From: the human T2T-CHM13v2.0 reference genome, Homo sapiens
DNA length: 64,000 nt
Assembly: GCF_009914755.1 (NCBI RefSeq)
Contig: NC_060931.1
Direction: 5' to 3' (one strand)
How positions within the stretch are numbered: the stretch's first letter is position 1; every line of letters begins with the position of its first letter. The notes under the pieces are model-generated. The model did no database searches, was not told the DNA's origin, and saw nothing but the letters and a program-made list of their open reading frames with translations. The position numbers and the translations under genes were made by a program. This document shows positions 1 to 13,200 of the stretch, piece by piece.

Positions 1-2744
1 GAAAATGCATATTATGTCCTTTGTAGATATAGCTTAGGGATATTCCTGATAGTGTCTTCTTTTATTTTCCAAGGACCACTAAAAAGTACTGGGAAAGTTG
101 AAGTAATATAAATTAATCAGAAATGAAAATGTGCTTTATACATTTAGTTAAACACACAGGCAAGGAACTGATACTTTTGTGCCAGAGTCATTTCAAGTCA
201 TAGGTTTTGTCCTTTATTATATATTCCATGTGCTAGGAATGAAGGAGCTTGTTGGAGAGCAGGAAATGTCCTTTCTTGGGGTCACAGAGGCCCAAGTTAA
301 AATCTAGGCTCTGCCGATTATTTGTTGTGTCAATGCCCCCAAGTTAACATGGCATTCCTATCCCCCAAGTTAAGTTTCTGAAATGCTGTTTTAACCTTAA
401 TCTGATATTGATCTGCTGACGAATTAAATTTCTCTATTCCTACATTTATTTTTCTTTATGTATAAATCCACACTTGCAATTTTATGTATTTAACATCCTC
501 AATTTCCTCATCAGGAAACTGGCATCAGCTATCAGATAAAATTGTTATAGGGATTACATGAGATGATGAAGGTGAACCTATAACACTTGGTACAATTTAG
601 GTACTAAGCATGGCAATGTTTTCTCTAGGGGAAAAATTTCAACTGGTTACTTCCCAGTGAGAACTGGCAGAAGTATGTAACTTCATAGAAAACACACACC
701 TCAGTTGTACTTCAGTTTCATCTATGGGTAACCATGCTGCACAAGAGAAGTATGGCCAAAGGCCAGTTAGTCTGTAAACATCACAGTTGAGATAAGGACT
801 GGTTACTTACCATCTTTGCATCCATATAAATAAAAGCCTCACAAGCATGTTTTAGGGGATCACTTATTTAATTCAGATTTCTCCTATTTGGATTTCTCCA
901 TTTTGTCACCAGAAATAGCCTATGGGTATCGTCCTCTAGGTGGTACAGAACAAAAAGAAACAAAAACACTCAGCTGAAACCTTCCTCCCAGCTAAGAAGT
1001 CATCAAGTGAAAAGAAATGTTCAAAAGAAGCCCTCAGGAAAGAGACTATGCAAATATGAATAGGAAAAAACTAGACTTCTGTCTATGGTATATGTTTCCA
1101 AGTTATCCTCCAGCTGATTACTTGGGCTAGTACAAACCATAAATTTACCCAAAGAAAATGATGACAGCATGATGCAAAATTACAGGTCCACTGACTATAC
1201 CCTACTTTTCTGGGTGATGGGCTGATCCTGTGTAATAAACACTCATATTACATTCCACAGTCGAGTACTATAGGTAGAGATTATTCACCATTGGTTTGAG
1301 TTTAGGCTTGAAGGAATAAATATGTAATCATATGGCAGGGAAAGGAACATGTAACTTTTCCTCTCTTATCACAGAAACTGCCATTTTGCTTTGGAGTTTA
1401 CAGATTACACAGAAGTCACCTAATCTTTACTGAAAACATTTACCTCTGGAAAAGGTCGACATTTTGATACAGGACAAACACTGTCACTAACCTTGGCACT
1501 AGACTTTAAATATTTTCCACCAAATATCAATAATATCAGTAATAAGTTTCATTTCTCATGAGGCCAGCTATTGACCATCTTAGGTATGCTTGACCCAAAT
1601 GAACTTGATGTAAGCAGAATCTCAGATTTGTTGCCTCAACCTTAGATTCTACATTTATTTACTTAGAAGTGTTTTCTACTTAATCCTAACATCAAATCTC
1701 ACCTTCAAGTAACAGTTGATAAATTACATATGTGGCCTATTATATGTTATTTTAGTAATGAAACTGTTCTGTTCTCCATGTAGAAATCATCAATTTTCTG
1801 ACAAGTTTTCTTAAAATGTAAGTCAAAGAAAAGGGTATAATTCATTCCCAGAGCAGAAAATAATACTAGATTCTAGATGAACTTAAGTATCTTCCAATTA
1901 AACATTCTAAGCCTAGGAATAAGCATCAAATTTCTCCGTCTTTTTTACTTCCATGGTACCACATCTCTACATGACTCTGATGAATTTTGCATCTTCATGT
2001 GACCATGCATATGCAAAGAGTGATTGAGTGGACAGATAATTTTCTCAACTCTTCCAAACACAGGATGCCTTGATCTATAGTTCCAAAGCCATGGCTCATT
2101 AATTAGCACAGTTCTGCATAGCACATTGCTGCCAAACCAGTTAGCAGCCAGATAAAGAGATGCAAAGCTCAACTTCTGTGGCATTTTGTGTTTCCCTCCC
2201 ATTCCTCAAAAAAGATAAGGACTAGAAGTAATGAATAAATAGGTTAAAAAGACAAATAAAAGCTAATTTCACTTTACAAGGTTTATGTTTATGATCTTTT
2301 CTTCTCCCAGTGGTTTTCTTAGCTTGGCTAGGATATGCCATGTTACATTAGTAACTATCAGTTAAAAAAAATAAATTGACTCCTAATCTGTCTGTCATAA
2401 ATAAGACTCCCTGCTCATGCATGCTCTGAGAATGAGAACTAAATTTACTGTCGTCTTGCCCTTTCAGCAGATTACTCATGGAGGCATAAGTAGGTATACA
2501 CAGAATACAAGGAAATGTCCTATTCAGAGTAAAAGTCTGAACTTTATTGCGTATATCAGGAAGCAATTGTATATGTACCTGATGCCTGTGGAATCCTAAC
2601 TTTTGTTTAGGATTAAGGAAAGAAGTGGACCTCAATCTTTATTAAAGAAGCCAGATGATCATGACAGTTGGATTGTAGAGCCCAGTGTGTCTCAGTCTTC
2701 TGGCAAACTTCTGTAAATAAACAGGCACACAGAGCTAGATGTTC

Positions 2745-3078
2745 TCTTGTCACTTAAACTGCAATTCCTATCAGTGGGTGCTGAAGTCTTAAAATGACTT
2801 ATATTTTATTAAATAGAATACTGGTAATACAGTCTTTTTTCAATTGGTGATAATAAGCAATAGGTGATAATAAGCAATAGGTCAATCAAAGACAGTTCTT
2901 TAAAAATAACAGCAAATATATTAGAATAGAAAGGTAAAGAAAGGAAAAAACATCAGAGTGCGTCATATACAATAATGCTTTTATTTGTTGAAAATTTAAG
3001 TTAAATATGTGTCTGTACATTGGGTCACAATTTTAAAACTATTTGTTAATGAAGGTCACAGTCAAAAAATGTTTGCAG
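2745..3078. mobile_element. Degenerate hAT-Charlie-type element
   Basis: catcagagtgcgtc...ttgggtcaca...ggtcacagtcaaaaaatgtttg resembles Charlie-family ends; family uncertain. Confidence 0.4.
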
Positions 3079-3164
3079 GAAAACGATGTTTTCAAGGCAC
3101 TTGTAGTAAGTGATGTAATAATCTTGCAGCATTTAAACCTCTAAATGTGTTAATAAAATAATAG

Positions 3165-3440
3165 TATAATAAATTAATTATAAAAGTGTTTAAAAGTATG
3201 TGCTATGTGCTAGGCAATGTTCATAGTGAATTATATGTATTTTATCAATCAGTCCTCACATTAACCCTATGACATGTGTATTTTTAAATTTTACGCTCTG
3301 TGTTTTAAATTTTAAAGTGTGTGCTCTGTGCCAGGCAACAGTCATTATGAATCATATGTATTTTGTCAATTAATCTTCACCTTAACCCTATGACACACGT
3401 ATTTTTACTTTCCATTTTGTATAGATTGAGCTACTGAGAC
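3165..3440 (-). mobile_element. MIR with internal tandem duplication
   Basis: ctatgtgctaggcaatg...cctcacattaaccctatga...ccattttgtatagattgagctactgag. Confidence 0.6.
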
Positions 3441-6400
3441 ATTTCTCAGGAGCTCTTGTAATAATATTTTGATTGAGTTAGTGTAAAATAATGCATGATT
3501 TCATAAGTGAATAAATGATTCTGACTCTTCATCTATTAGAACACAGCTAGTAGTGTTAGAATTAGCCACCTTTCTCACCCTTGTTTTCTTAAGGAAACAC
3601 AGAAAGCATCTTCTTAATTAAAAAGTACCCTAAGAAAAAAAGCAGTTTTCCAAAATTATAGTCAAACTATGGGAATATTTTCAGTTAATAGAAGCATTTG
3701 ACTAAATTTTCCAGAAAACACAGCATACACAAAATACTCTTTCTCCTTATTCTCTCTATTGATGTTTCTCTTCCCATTTAGCTCTTTTCTACCAAATTTA
3801 AGGAATTCCAAGATTGCAAACCACAATAGATTGTTCAGTGTGGCCATTGGAAAAGGCATGTCAAGGTTAGCTGAGTAAATCCAGGAATAATCAAATAAAA
3901 AAGAAGGCACAGGAGAACAAACATTTATTTTCTCTCACACTGGGCTGTACATATTTGGCGAAGTGGCTTCCATGGTTCTCTCCTTCTTTATAGCGAAGGG
4001 TTATTTGTGTTGAATAACAACTCTTCCAGGTCAGTAAAAGTTGGATCAGGAATTGAACATACTCATTGTTCAAGAAACAAACAAACAGAAAGAATAACTA
4101 GGTGTGAAAGAAGTGGATAATTATACTGAAGTTTACCAATTAAATTCCATGTAGAAAAATCATATTGTTTTCCTCTGAAAGCTGAGAAACACATTATTAC
4201 ATTACAATGAAGTTTCATTTGTGAGGGAATGAAGATTCAAAGATCTCCTTGGAAATGGAGATTCCAAGTTTATACATGGAAGACTATTCTACAAGGATAC
4301 TCCAAAACTTAGTATTTGTAAATTAAATAGTACAATAGCAATTCTAAAATATGCAGGAAAAAAATGAAGAATGCCTAAAAATAATTTTAATGCCTCTCTT
4401 TCTAAATGGTTTTACTCAACTTAATTAACTGCTAACAAGTGTTTAAACTAGTTAGAAATAGATATATATGAAACATAACTCATATACACACAACCTGCTG
4501 TTAAGATTTTTTCTTTCCTTCTTTCTGTCTCTCAAAGCAATAGAATTTTGATTTGAGAATTATATATTTTGTATAGATTCTTGTTTAAAATGGAATTCTA
4601 TTTTTGCTTAAAAAATGTCTAACTTTTGCTGCTTACCTAAGCTACAGCGTTATTTGAATTAGAGATATTTGGATTTAATATTTCTGCAGAAGCCCAGACC
4701 CCCATCCTTATTTCACTGGAAATAAAAAACCACAAGGGTCTATTTTCCCTCCTTAATCCTCATCCCTGAACTTTCCAGAGGGATGAAAAACAGTAAATGA
4801 TGGACGCTTTATTACATGAAAGCCAGTTTGTAAATATCAAAAGGCAAATCAAATTTCTCTTTGTTCTGCAACCATAGAAAGACAGCAACATTTTCATTAA
4901 GGTACGAAATAAAAATCTGGGAGAAACCCATATACCTTAGAGTGATCTAAATTGAAATACTAAGATTCTAGAAAGAGGAGAACCCATCAGGACTTGATAA
5001 CGATGTCAGTGAGAGAGCAGAGAGGAACATTCCTGACAGACCTCTCAATTAGAACACTAAGTTAACATCAATACTACTTACCCTTCTTTCTAGCCATACC
5101 TCCTGCCTTTTCCATTTTTTCCCTAAAATTCTTGCTGTCTTACAATATGTCACATGCTTCCACACACAAGGATTTGCACATGGCATTCCTTCTGCCTGGA
5201 ATATTCTTCCTCCAACTCTCTCCACCCATCTTGAATGCCCCTGTGACTGTTCTAGTCCCCAGGTGCCATGTCTAATTCATATCTGGTGAGCACATAGCAG
5301 GTGATGATAATGAAGTAGAGATTAATAGGTAAACAGGAAATTACAATGTAGGGATTCAAGGACAATGATGGGAACACACAGAATGTCATGGGCATCCTGC
5401 CCAACCCTGCTCTGTGGTCCTGGCAGACATCCACATTCCTTTAAGCCACAGATTCCTGCTTCCCTACTTTATTGTTCCTACTTTATTGTTCTTGGTTCTA
5501 GGCTTTGGTAACTTGGAACTCAGCTCTGACCCTGGAAAACTTTTCTCACTAAATTCTTCAGTGAAATAATCAGACAATCCAATAGACTATACAAGTAGGG
5601 GTTTTTTTAAATCTTTATATGCCTCATGTTATTCAATTCTTCTTATTGCCATTCATCTATATCACCACTGCTTGCCTATGGCATTCTCTATACTGGTTCC
5701 TGTTCCTCTATTTCTTCCTTACTCCAATGCCTTATGTATATGGCTGTCCTATTTGTCTTTCTGAAGAAAAAATCTTATTACATTGCTTTTATACTACTAC
5801 TACTAAGAAAAACAGAAAAAGCGTATGTAATACAAACGTAAGACAATTACAAAAACACAGAACCCAGAAAACAAAAGCACAAAAATACCCTGAGTGGTAA
5901 CGAATACCCTTTATGAAATAGAACCACCTTTCTCACCTTACATTCTATTATTCCTATCATAAACTCCTCAAATCTCTTCCTTCTGAAAACAGCTCACTTC
6001 CCCAAGAGTTCCATTTGCTAATTCTTTTTCGTAGTAATGTGATAAGAGAGAAAGCTAACATTTATTAACACTGATCGTTTGCAAATATAGTGCTAATTGA
6101 CTTTATGTACTGAGATCCACACTTGACTGATTCAAAGGTCTGATTGCAGGAACGCTATGAAAGCAATAAAGGTGATAGTCTCAGGCAGAGGTGGGTGTGT
6201 GAAAGACGGCCTCCTCGCAGAGGCTAGACTCTAGCCCGTCCTTTGAATAACCACATGCACTGGGATTCTCCCTTAAGTGATCTGTGCTTTTCCTTTTCTT
6301 GAGGAACTTCCTCTGCTCCTGTTACAGCACATTTTGTTTCTCTATCCTTCTATTTCTACATGGTGGGACTTCCATTATAAGTGCATTCCTACCTCTCCTC

Positions 6401-8159
6401 ACCACTCCTACCACCACCTCACCCTCCATTTTCTGCTTTCCATGGGGAAAGGAGTAAATTTAAGACAAGGAGTGGCACAGTGCCAGAAAGGCCCTTTTTC
6501 TTTTTCTTTATTGGAACCAACCTTTCAGCAAGATGGAGGATTCTGATCTGTCCTGTGACATCTGGCCTGCCTCTGTGGAGACTTCTATCCACTACTAGGA
6601 GAATATATCTGTCTAATTCCACAGCAAAGTATGAGGGAGCCCATTTTGCCTGTTCTACCCTTCATCCATAAAACAACTGCTTCTACACCTACCTGTTTGA
6701 TTCTTGTCTCTTGCTTGGTTCCAAACTAAGAAGTAGATATGAAGTATTATTTTTTGGTCCTTTCCCTGCTCTAAACTTCCATGTCTTTAACTAACACTTT
6801 CATATCAATGATCCAAGATATATCTCATGGGGATATGGTTTCTATGATATTTTTTGTAAAGGGCTTTCAGAGTACCTTCTAGATAATCCATTCTAGGATC
6901 TTTGTTTAGTCTACGATTTCCAAAATTCAAAATTTCATCCCCTGAAATTCAAGTGAATGACCCTTCTCAAAACTAATCTCTATGCACAAAGATTATCACA
7001 AATATATATGCAATCATTATGGAAGTAATTTGCATAAGAGGAAATGTAATTTCTCTGGACCAGACCCTAAACACCAGTTTGTAGAGAGCATGCTGCATCC
7101 TCTCTTGAGAACAAGTTAACTTTATTTGATATATAGTATAGCAAATGCAAAATTTATGAAAGAACTAAAAACCTCTTGTTTCTGCAGCACAATTTGTATG
7201 CGATCTGAGGACATTTATTTAATAAAGGGAAGCTCTAAACAAATTTGAGTACATTTAAATTTTGTTCCCCCACCCAAATTGCCTAACCTGTCTACATAGA
7301 TACATATACATAAAGTTTGATCTATGGTTATTTCATTTCTGTGTTAAATCTGATAATGTGACACATATTATCAGATGTGTCACAGGCCACATTATTGCCC
7401 TATTAAAATATTTGCAGCTTGAATACTGGTACATTCTATAGTTTTTACAAATCATTTAAAAGTTGCATTCCATGGAACTAGCAGGTAGTGCATTCAAGCT
7501 AGTGTCTACCATTAAACAGTGTACAATTGTCATAATTATCTACATTATTTTCCTTTAAATCATCAATCTCTGACTAAATTGCTTTAATCCATAGGTCCTG
7601 ATATAGAATTCCTCTACTGAGCACAATTTTTTTAGTATAAGAAACTGACCAAATTATTAATTGATAAGACATAATTATAAAATCCACAGTCCCTTTAAAG
7701 TGGAACTTATAGAGCTCTAAAACATGTTTTTAAAAAACAAAACAATATAGTCCTAGTGGCACATTTGGTCATGATTTTGTCCAAATAAGACAAAAAGTTT
7801 GGGCATGCAGAACTTTGAATTTTATTACAGTATTTTTCTTTCCCAACATGTTTTAAACATATTATGGATACTGTTGAAATAGGGACAATTATGAAAAACA
7901 AAAAGGAAATAAAAAAAAGCATCAGACAGATTTATTACTTTATACAAATTGAGAAATTTTATAGCTGCCATTGAAAAAAGAAGAGCAGGACTATGTATTT
8001 TCTCTATAAGCAATATCGTGTGTGTGTGTGTATGCGCTCATGTGTGTTTTTCTTAAGTCCACAGAAGGCCAAGTGTCTCATTTTTCATCCCCCAGAAAAG
8101 GTAAGCCTTTTGATTACCTATTTAAAACATAGATTAGCAAATTTCTCTACTTCTTTATT

Positions 8160-11001
8160 CTCTTCTCTGGGTTCCTTCTATCTTCCCACCTTAACTAAAA
8201 CTAGACTGTCTCATATGGTCTCTGTTTCCTCCCACCCTACGCCCTTGGAGTTCTCTCAGGTGACTTCTTTCTCCTATACTAAATGAGACTCAGTATCTGG
8301 AGACATCAGCCTTCATTGTTCTGATAGATTTTCTATATTGTCTGTAGGTCATTACTTTTCTACTCACTTTCATAAACTCCTTTGAAGCTCATTATATTTG
8401 GATTTTGTTTGTGATCATTTTTTCAATTTCATAATTATACTCACTCTCATTAATTGATAATTTGCAAAACTTACTTACTTTTTTCACTGATATCCTGTCA
8501 TTATCTAAGGTACTTCCATGTCCACATGCAACACATGGATCGCTCGGTCCTTTTGCTTCTGCATCATGCCCAGTGATCCCCTCAATGAGTTATTTTTCTC
8601 CTCCTCAACTCCACTCCAGTCATTAGAACTGTGGCCACAAACCAGGTCTACTCCACATTTCACATAATAAAATCTTTAACTTCAAAACTCTATTCTTCTA
8701 GAAATCTCACTCGGTGATTTCCAATGCACTAGTTCTTCCATATTAACAGGGCCTTATAGATCAATGGGGAAGAGGCCATATCTGTTAAGTCTACTAAAAT
8801 AGCCCTGAACCCTATACATAAACCTAAAAAATAATAGTTGCTCAATAAATATTTATTGAATGAAAGGATGAACCGTTCTACTTTCTCCTTAACTATAACT
8901 CTGTATTATCTGTCCTGAATGAGATTAGATTTCATGCTCAAAGATAAGTATTGGTTTATCTCAGAACTAAACTTCCTTGCTCAGCCCTCCTTTTGTCACA
9001 CCTGCATGGCATGACTGCAAATAAGCATGGCTTAGTGCTTTTTAAGAACACATTCCAACACATTGACAGGGGTACGATATAAATACATTTTGAACGTCCA
9101 TAGATCTTTCACCACTGCCCCTAGAAATCCTATTTTGTCTTCTTACTCAGCTCACACAGCCATTCTCTACCAGAAAACTGTCAAACCATTTCCACAAATC
9201 ATTCCACCTCCTGAACTTTATCCTCAGTATCTAGCTTCATCTCACAACACAAAAAGTAAATAGAACCCATCAGATGGGAATCTCTCAACTTTTCATTGTC
9301 ACACCTACTTTCTACAATGTACATTCCATATGGGAATGAACTTGCCCCCAGTATGCTGGATTCCATCTCTGTTTTCTCAGGAATATGAATTTATTGATGA
9401 TCACCATTCCCCCATGCTTAATCTCTTTCTACTGGCTCCTTTCCATCAGCCTTTAAATATACTGAAGATTCTCTCCTCTTAATGAAGCAAAACAAAACAA
9501 GCAATACTCTCCCTAATTGCATGTTGTGTTTCAGTTTTGCCCTAACAGATTCCTTGCAGTTTAACTCTTCCAAAGTTGCTTTTTTCATTTTCTTTTTCCT
9601 CTATCTATAAGGAACCTACCATCAACTGGTTCTTATCTCCATCACTCTCCTGAAACTGCTTGCACCATGGCTACTATAGACATCTACATTAATAAGCAAA
9701 GTGGATCCTTCTCAGGCCTTATTTGCTTGAATGTTCAGCAGTGTTAGACATCTTCACAACTGTCTCTCCTCTAAACATCATTTTCCCTTGTGTTTCAGAT
9801 TTTCATAGTTTTGACTTTTACCACTCGGACTGCTCCTTCTCTCTGCCCTTTGCTGGTTCCTTCTACTCTACCCACCCCTTAACTGATGGTATTCTTTAGG
9901 GCTCTGTTTAGTCCTCTTCTATTTTTGCTCTGTATACTCTCCACTTGAGTGATTTCATATAATCTTGTGCCTTTGATTACGGTGCATTTGTTTATTAATT
10001 ACACATATGCCTCTCAGGTTTCTGATTTAATCTCTAATTTGATTTGATTAATATATTAAACTGTTAGAAAACTCCACTTTCTACTTGTAATTGACAAGCA
10101 CAAAATTAAACTTATTTTATCCTAGTAATCTAGTCCTAAGGAATCCTGAATTGGGTCATGGCCCTGCATTCCCACTACACTACCTGATATGGTTTTAATT
10201 TGTGTCTCCACTCAAATTTCCTGTCAAATTGTAATCCCCAATGTTGGAGGAGGTGGCTGGTGGAAGGTGATTGGATCATGGGAACATATTTTCCCCTTGC
10301 TAATCTTATGACAGTGAGTGAGTTCTCATGAAATCTAGCTGTTTAAAGGTGTGTAGCATCTCCACTTTTGGTCTCTTTCCTCCTTCTCTAGCCATGTAAG
10401 ACATGCCTGCTGCCCCTTTGCCTTCTGCCATGACTGTAAGTTTCCTGAGGCCTCCCCAACCATGTTTCCTATACAGCCTACGGAACTGTGAGTCAATAAA
10501 ACCTCTTTTCTTAATAAGTTACCTAGTCTCAGGTAGTTCTTTATAGCAATGTGAGAACGGACTAATACACTAACCTAAAGCAGCCACTGATGCCTCTCAT
10601 CTGGATTACTACTGATAGAAGCTGCTAACTCTTTCTTACACCTAGTATTTCTCCCCTTTAATTCATTCATCCTTGCCTCTCTTTAATTGTTGCCATAGTG
10701 ATATTTCAAAACTGGAAAACTGATTTTTACATTTGTATTTTAAACACTGCAATGATTTCCCAATGATTTTAGGTAAGATCTAAAATTCATATACTATTCC
10801 AGGCCTTCCAAAATCCAGCCCCACTTATATCTCTACAACTTCATTTGGAATCTTCCTCTTGCTCTCTATGCTCCAAATATATTGAACTCTTCTTATATTT
10901 TATGCACCCCTTCCCAATTCCTTTAATACGCTCTTTCCCTTGCTTCAAAACATTCTCATCCTCTTGGTCTGGTTAGTTTCTACTCAACTTTTCACTCATT
11001 G
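8160..11001 (+). mobile_element. Degenerate L2 LINE fragments (host of MSTA and LTR8B)
   Basis: L2 3' end ctcaataaatatttattgaatgaa at about 8841-8864; L2-like ccatcactctcctgaaactgct, tctcatctggattactac. Boundaries approximate. Confidence 0.6.
10185..10569 (+). mobile_element. MSTA-like MaLR solo LTR
   Basis: TGATATGGTTT...GAACGGACTAATACA termini; near-TSD ctacc/ctaac. Confidence 0.9.
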
Positions 11002-11615
11002 TGAAACCACCTTTGCAAAATTATAATAACAAGAGGACTCTAGCATGGCTGACACCATGTTGTTTCTAGCCTCACAGTCTGGCTGTCCTTGTTAATACCT
11101 GGGCATAGGCCTAGCTAACCATAGGAGGAATTTAGTTTATAGGTTAACTTTAAAGCAAGAATGAAAACGGTCCCTCTCTAAAATTAAGCCCCTCCTTGCT
11201 CAGGAACTGAAGTCCCCTTTGTAAGACTAATGAAAGTCTACAAGATTAGGATTATGGGAAGGGGGTGAATACTGCTAAGATGTAGGTGCAGTTTGCCTTT
11301 CTATAATCATTTACTGTGCCAGATGTCACACGATTTGTTACTTTTCCAATTGCTCCTATGGATAACATCAGTATTGTGGAACATAAAATTGGTCTTTTGA
11401 GATGTTTCTTAGACTTTTGCATTCTGGCAACCAAGTGACTCTGCCTGAACACATGACTCATGACTCAACTGGTCCTGTGGCCCCCACCCAGAGGCTGACT
11501 TAGCACATGAAGACCATTTTCCAAACCACTGTGATTTTATCCACAACTGATCAGCAGCATCCATTCCCTAGCCTCCTGCCCACCAAATTATTTGTAAAAA
11601 CCCTAGCCTCTAAGC
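11002..11615 (+). mobile_element. LTR8B-like ERV1 LTR, 3' end missing
   Basis: Starts TGAAACCACCTTTGCAAAATTAT; contains TCTAGCATGGCTGAC...CTAGCCTCACAG as in LTR8B; stops abruptly at the L1. Confidence 0.8.
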
Positions 11616-12461
11616 TCAACAAGTGGGCGAAGGATATGAACAGAAACTTCTCAAGAGAAGACATTTATGCAGCCAAAAGACACATGAAAAAATGCTCATC
11701 ATCACTGGCCATCAGAGAAATGCAAATCAAAACCACAATGAGATACCATCTCACACCAGTTAGAATGGCGATCATTAAAAAGTCAGGAAACAACACGTGC
11801 TGGAGAGGATGTGGAGAAATAGGAACACTTTTACACTGCTGGTGGGACTGTAAACTAATTCAACCATTGTGGAAGTCAGTGTGGCGATTCCTCAGGGATC
11901 TAGAACTAGAAATACCATTTGACCCAGCCATCCCATTACTGGGTATATACCCAAAGGATTATAAATCATGCTGCTATAAAGACACATGCACACGTATGTT
12001 TATTGCGGCACTATTCACAGTAGCAAAGACATGGAACCAATCCAAATGTCCAACAATGACAGACTGGATTAAGAAATGTGGCACATATACACCATGGAAT
12101 ACTATGCAGCCATAAAAAATGATGAGTTCATGCCCTTTGTAGGGACATGGATGAAGCTGGAAACCATCATTCTCAGCAAACTATCGCAAGGACAAAAACC
12201 AAACACCGCATGTCCTCAATCATAGGTGGGAATTGAACAATGAGAACACATTGACACAGGAAGGGGAACATCACACACTGGGGCCTGTTGTGGGGTAGGG
12301 GGAGGGGGGAGGGATAGCATTAGGTGGTATACCTAATGTTAAATGACGAGTTAATGAGTGCAGCACACAAATATGGCACATGTATACATATGTAACAAAC
12401 CTGCACACTGTGCACATGTACCCTAAAACTTAAAGTATAATAAAAAAAATAAAAAAATAAA
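11616..12461 (+). mobile_element. L1PA4-like LINE-1, 5'-truncated (ORF2 C-terminus, 3'UTR, polyA)
   Basis: ORF2 peptide [18 protein letters not shown]; 3'UTR aatgttaaatgacgag; A-tail. No TSD found. Confidence 0.95.
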
Positions 12462-12464
12462 CTG

Positions 12465-13200
12465 GATACATAAATAAATTAAATAGTATGTTAAATAGTA
12501 ATAAGTACTAAGAAAAACAAGCAGATATACCAGGCAAATTCAAAATGTTCATATTATGTATTTGTTGGTTAGTTGATTGTTTTTGCAATTTTACTTGGAG
12601 CTATGTCCAGTTGGTTCTCCTTTGCTTGAATATATTTAGGAGATCAGGAGGCTAGCCACTTATCTACATCAGGGAAGAGCATTTCAATAGAGGAAATAGC
12701 AAGTTCAAAGGTTCTGAAAAACAACCGTAAGTATTGTGTTTCTATCATAACAGGGTCAGTAGGGCCAAAGCAGAATGAGCAAGAAGATTGGTAGAAAATA
12801 AATTCAGATAGTAAGTAACTGGGCCAGACCATATAGACATTAACAGACATTGGAAGGATGTTGGATCTTACTCTGAATGAAGTGGGAAGCTACTGGATGG
12901 TTTCATGCACTCTAGATGCTGAATTGAGAATAGACCCAAAAGCAGTAAGGATGGAATCAAGGAAGTCCGTTAAAAGGCAATTGCAACAACGCAGGCAAGA
13001 ACTTAAATAAAAATAATAGGAGTGAAGATGGTGATTAGTTGTGTGATTGGGGATACATTTCAAAAATTGAGCTCTTATGATATGTTAAAAGAATATATGT
13101 GGGATATTGGAGTAAGAGAGGTCAAGAATGTCATCAATATTTTTTGCCTAAGTACATAAAAGAATGTAGCTGCTACTTAATGAGATGTGACATGAGTCAG
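12465..13200 (-). mobile_element. Degenerate L2 fragment
   Basis: gggaagagcatttcaatagaggaaatagcaagttcaaaggttctga...ttactctgaatgaagtgggaagctactgga. Confidence 0.65.

Noticed and set aside
11507-12115. 202-aa ORF as a genuine gene
   Set aside because: Chance in-frame join of LTR8B sequence and L1 ORF2. The ATG lies upstream of the LTR's likely transcription start, and the end is frameshifted.
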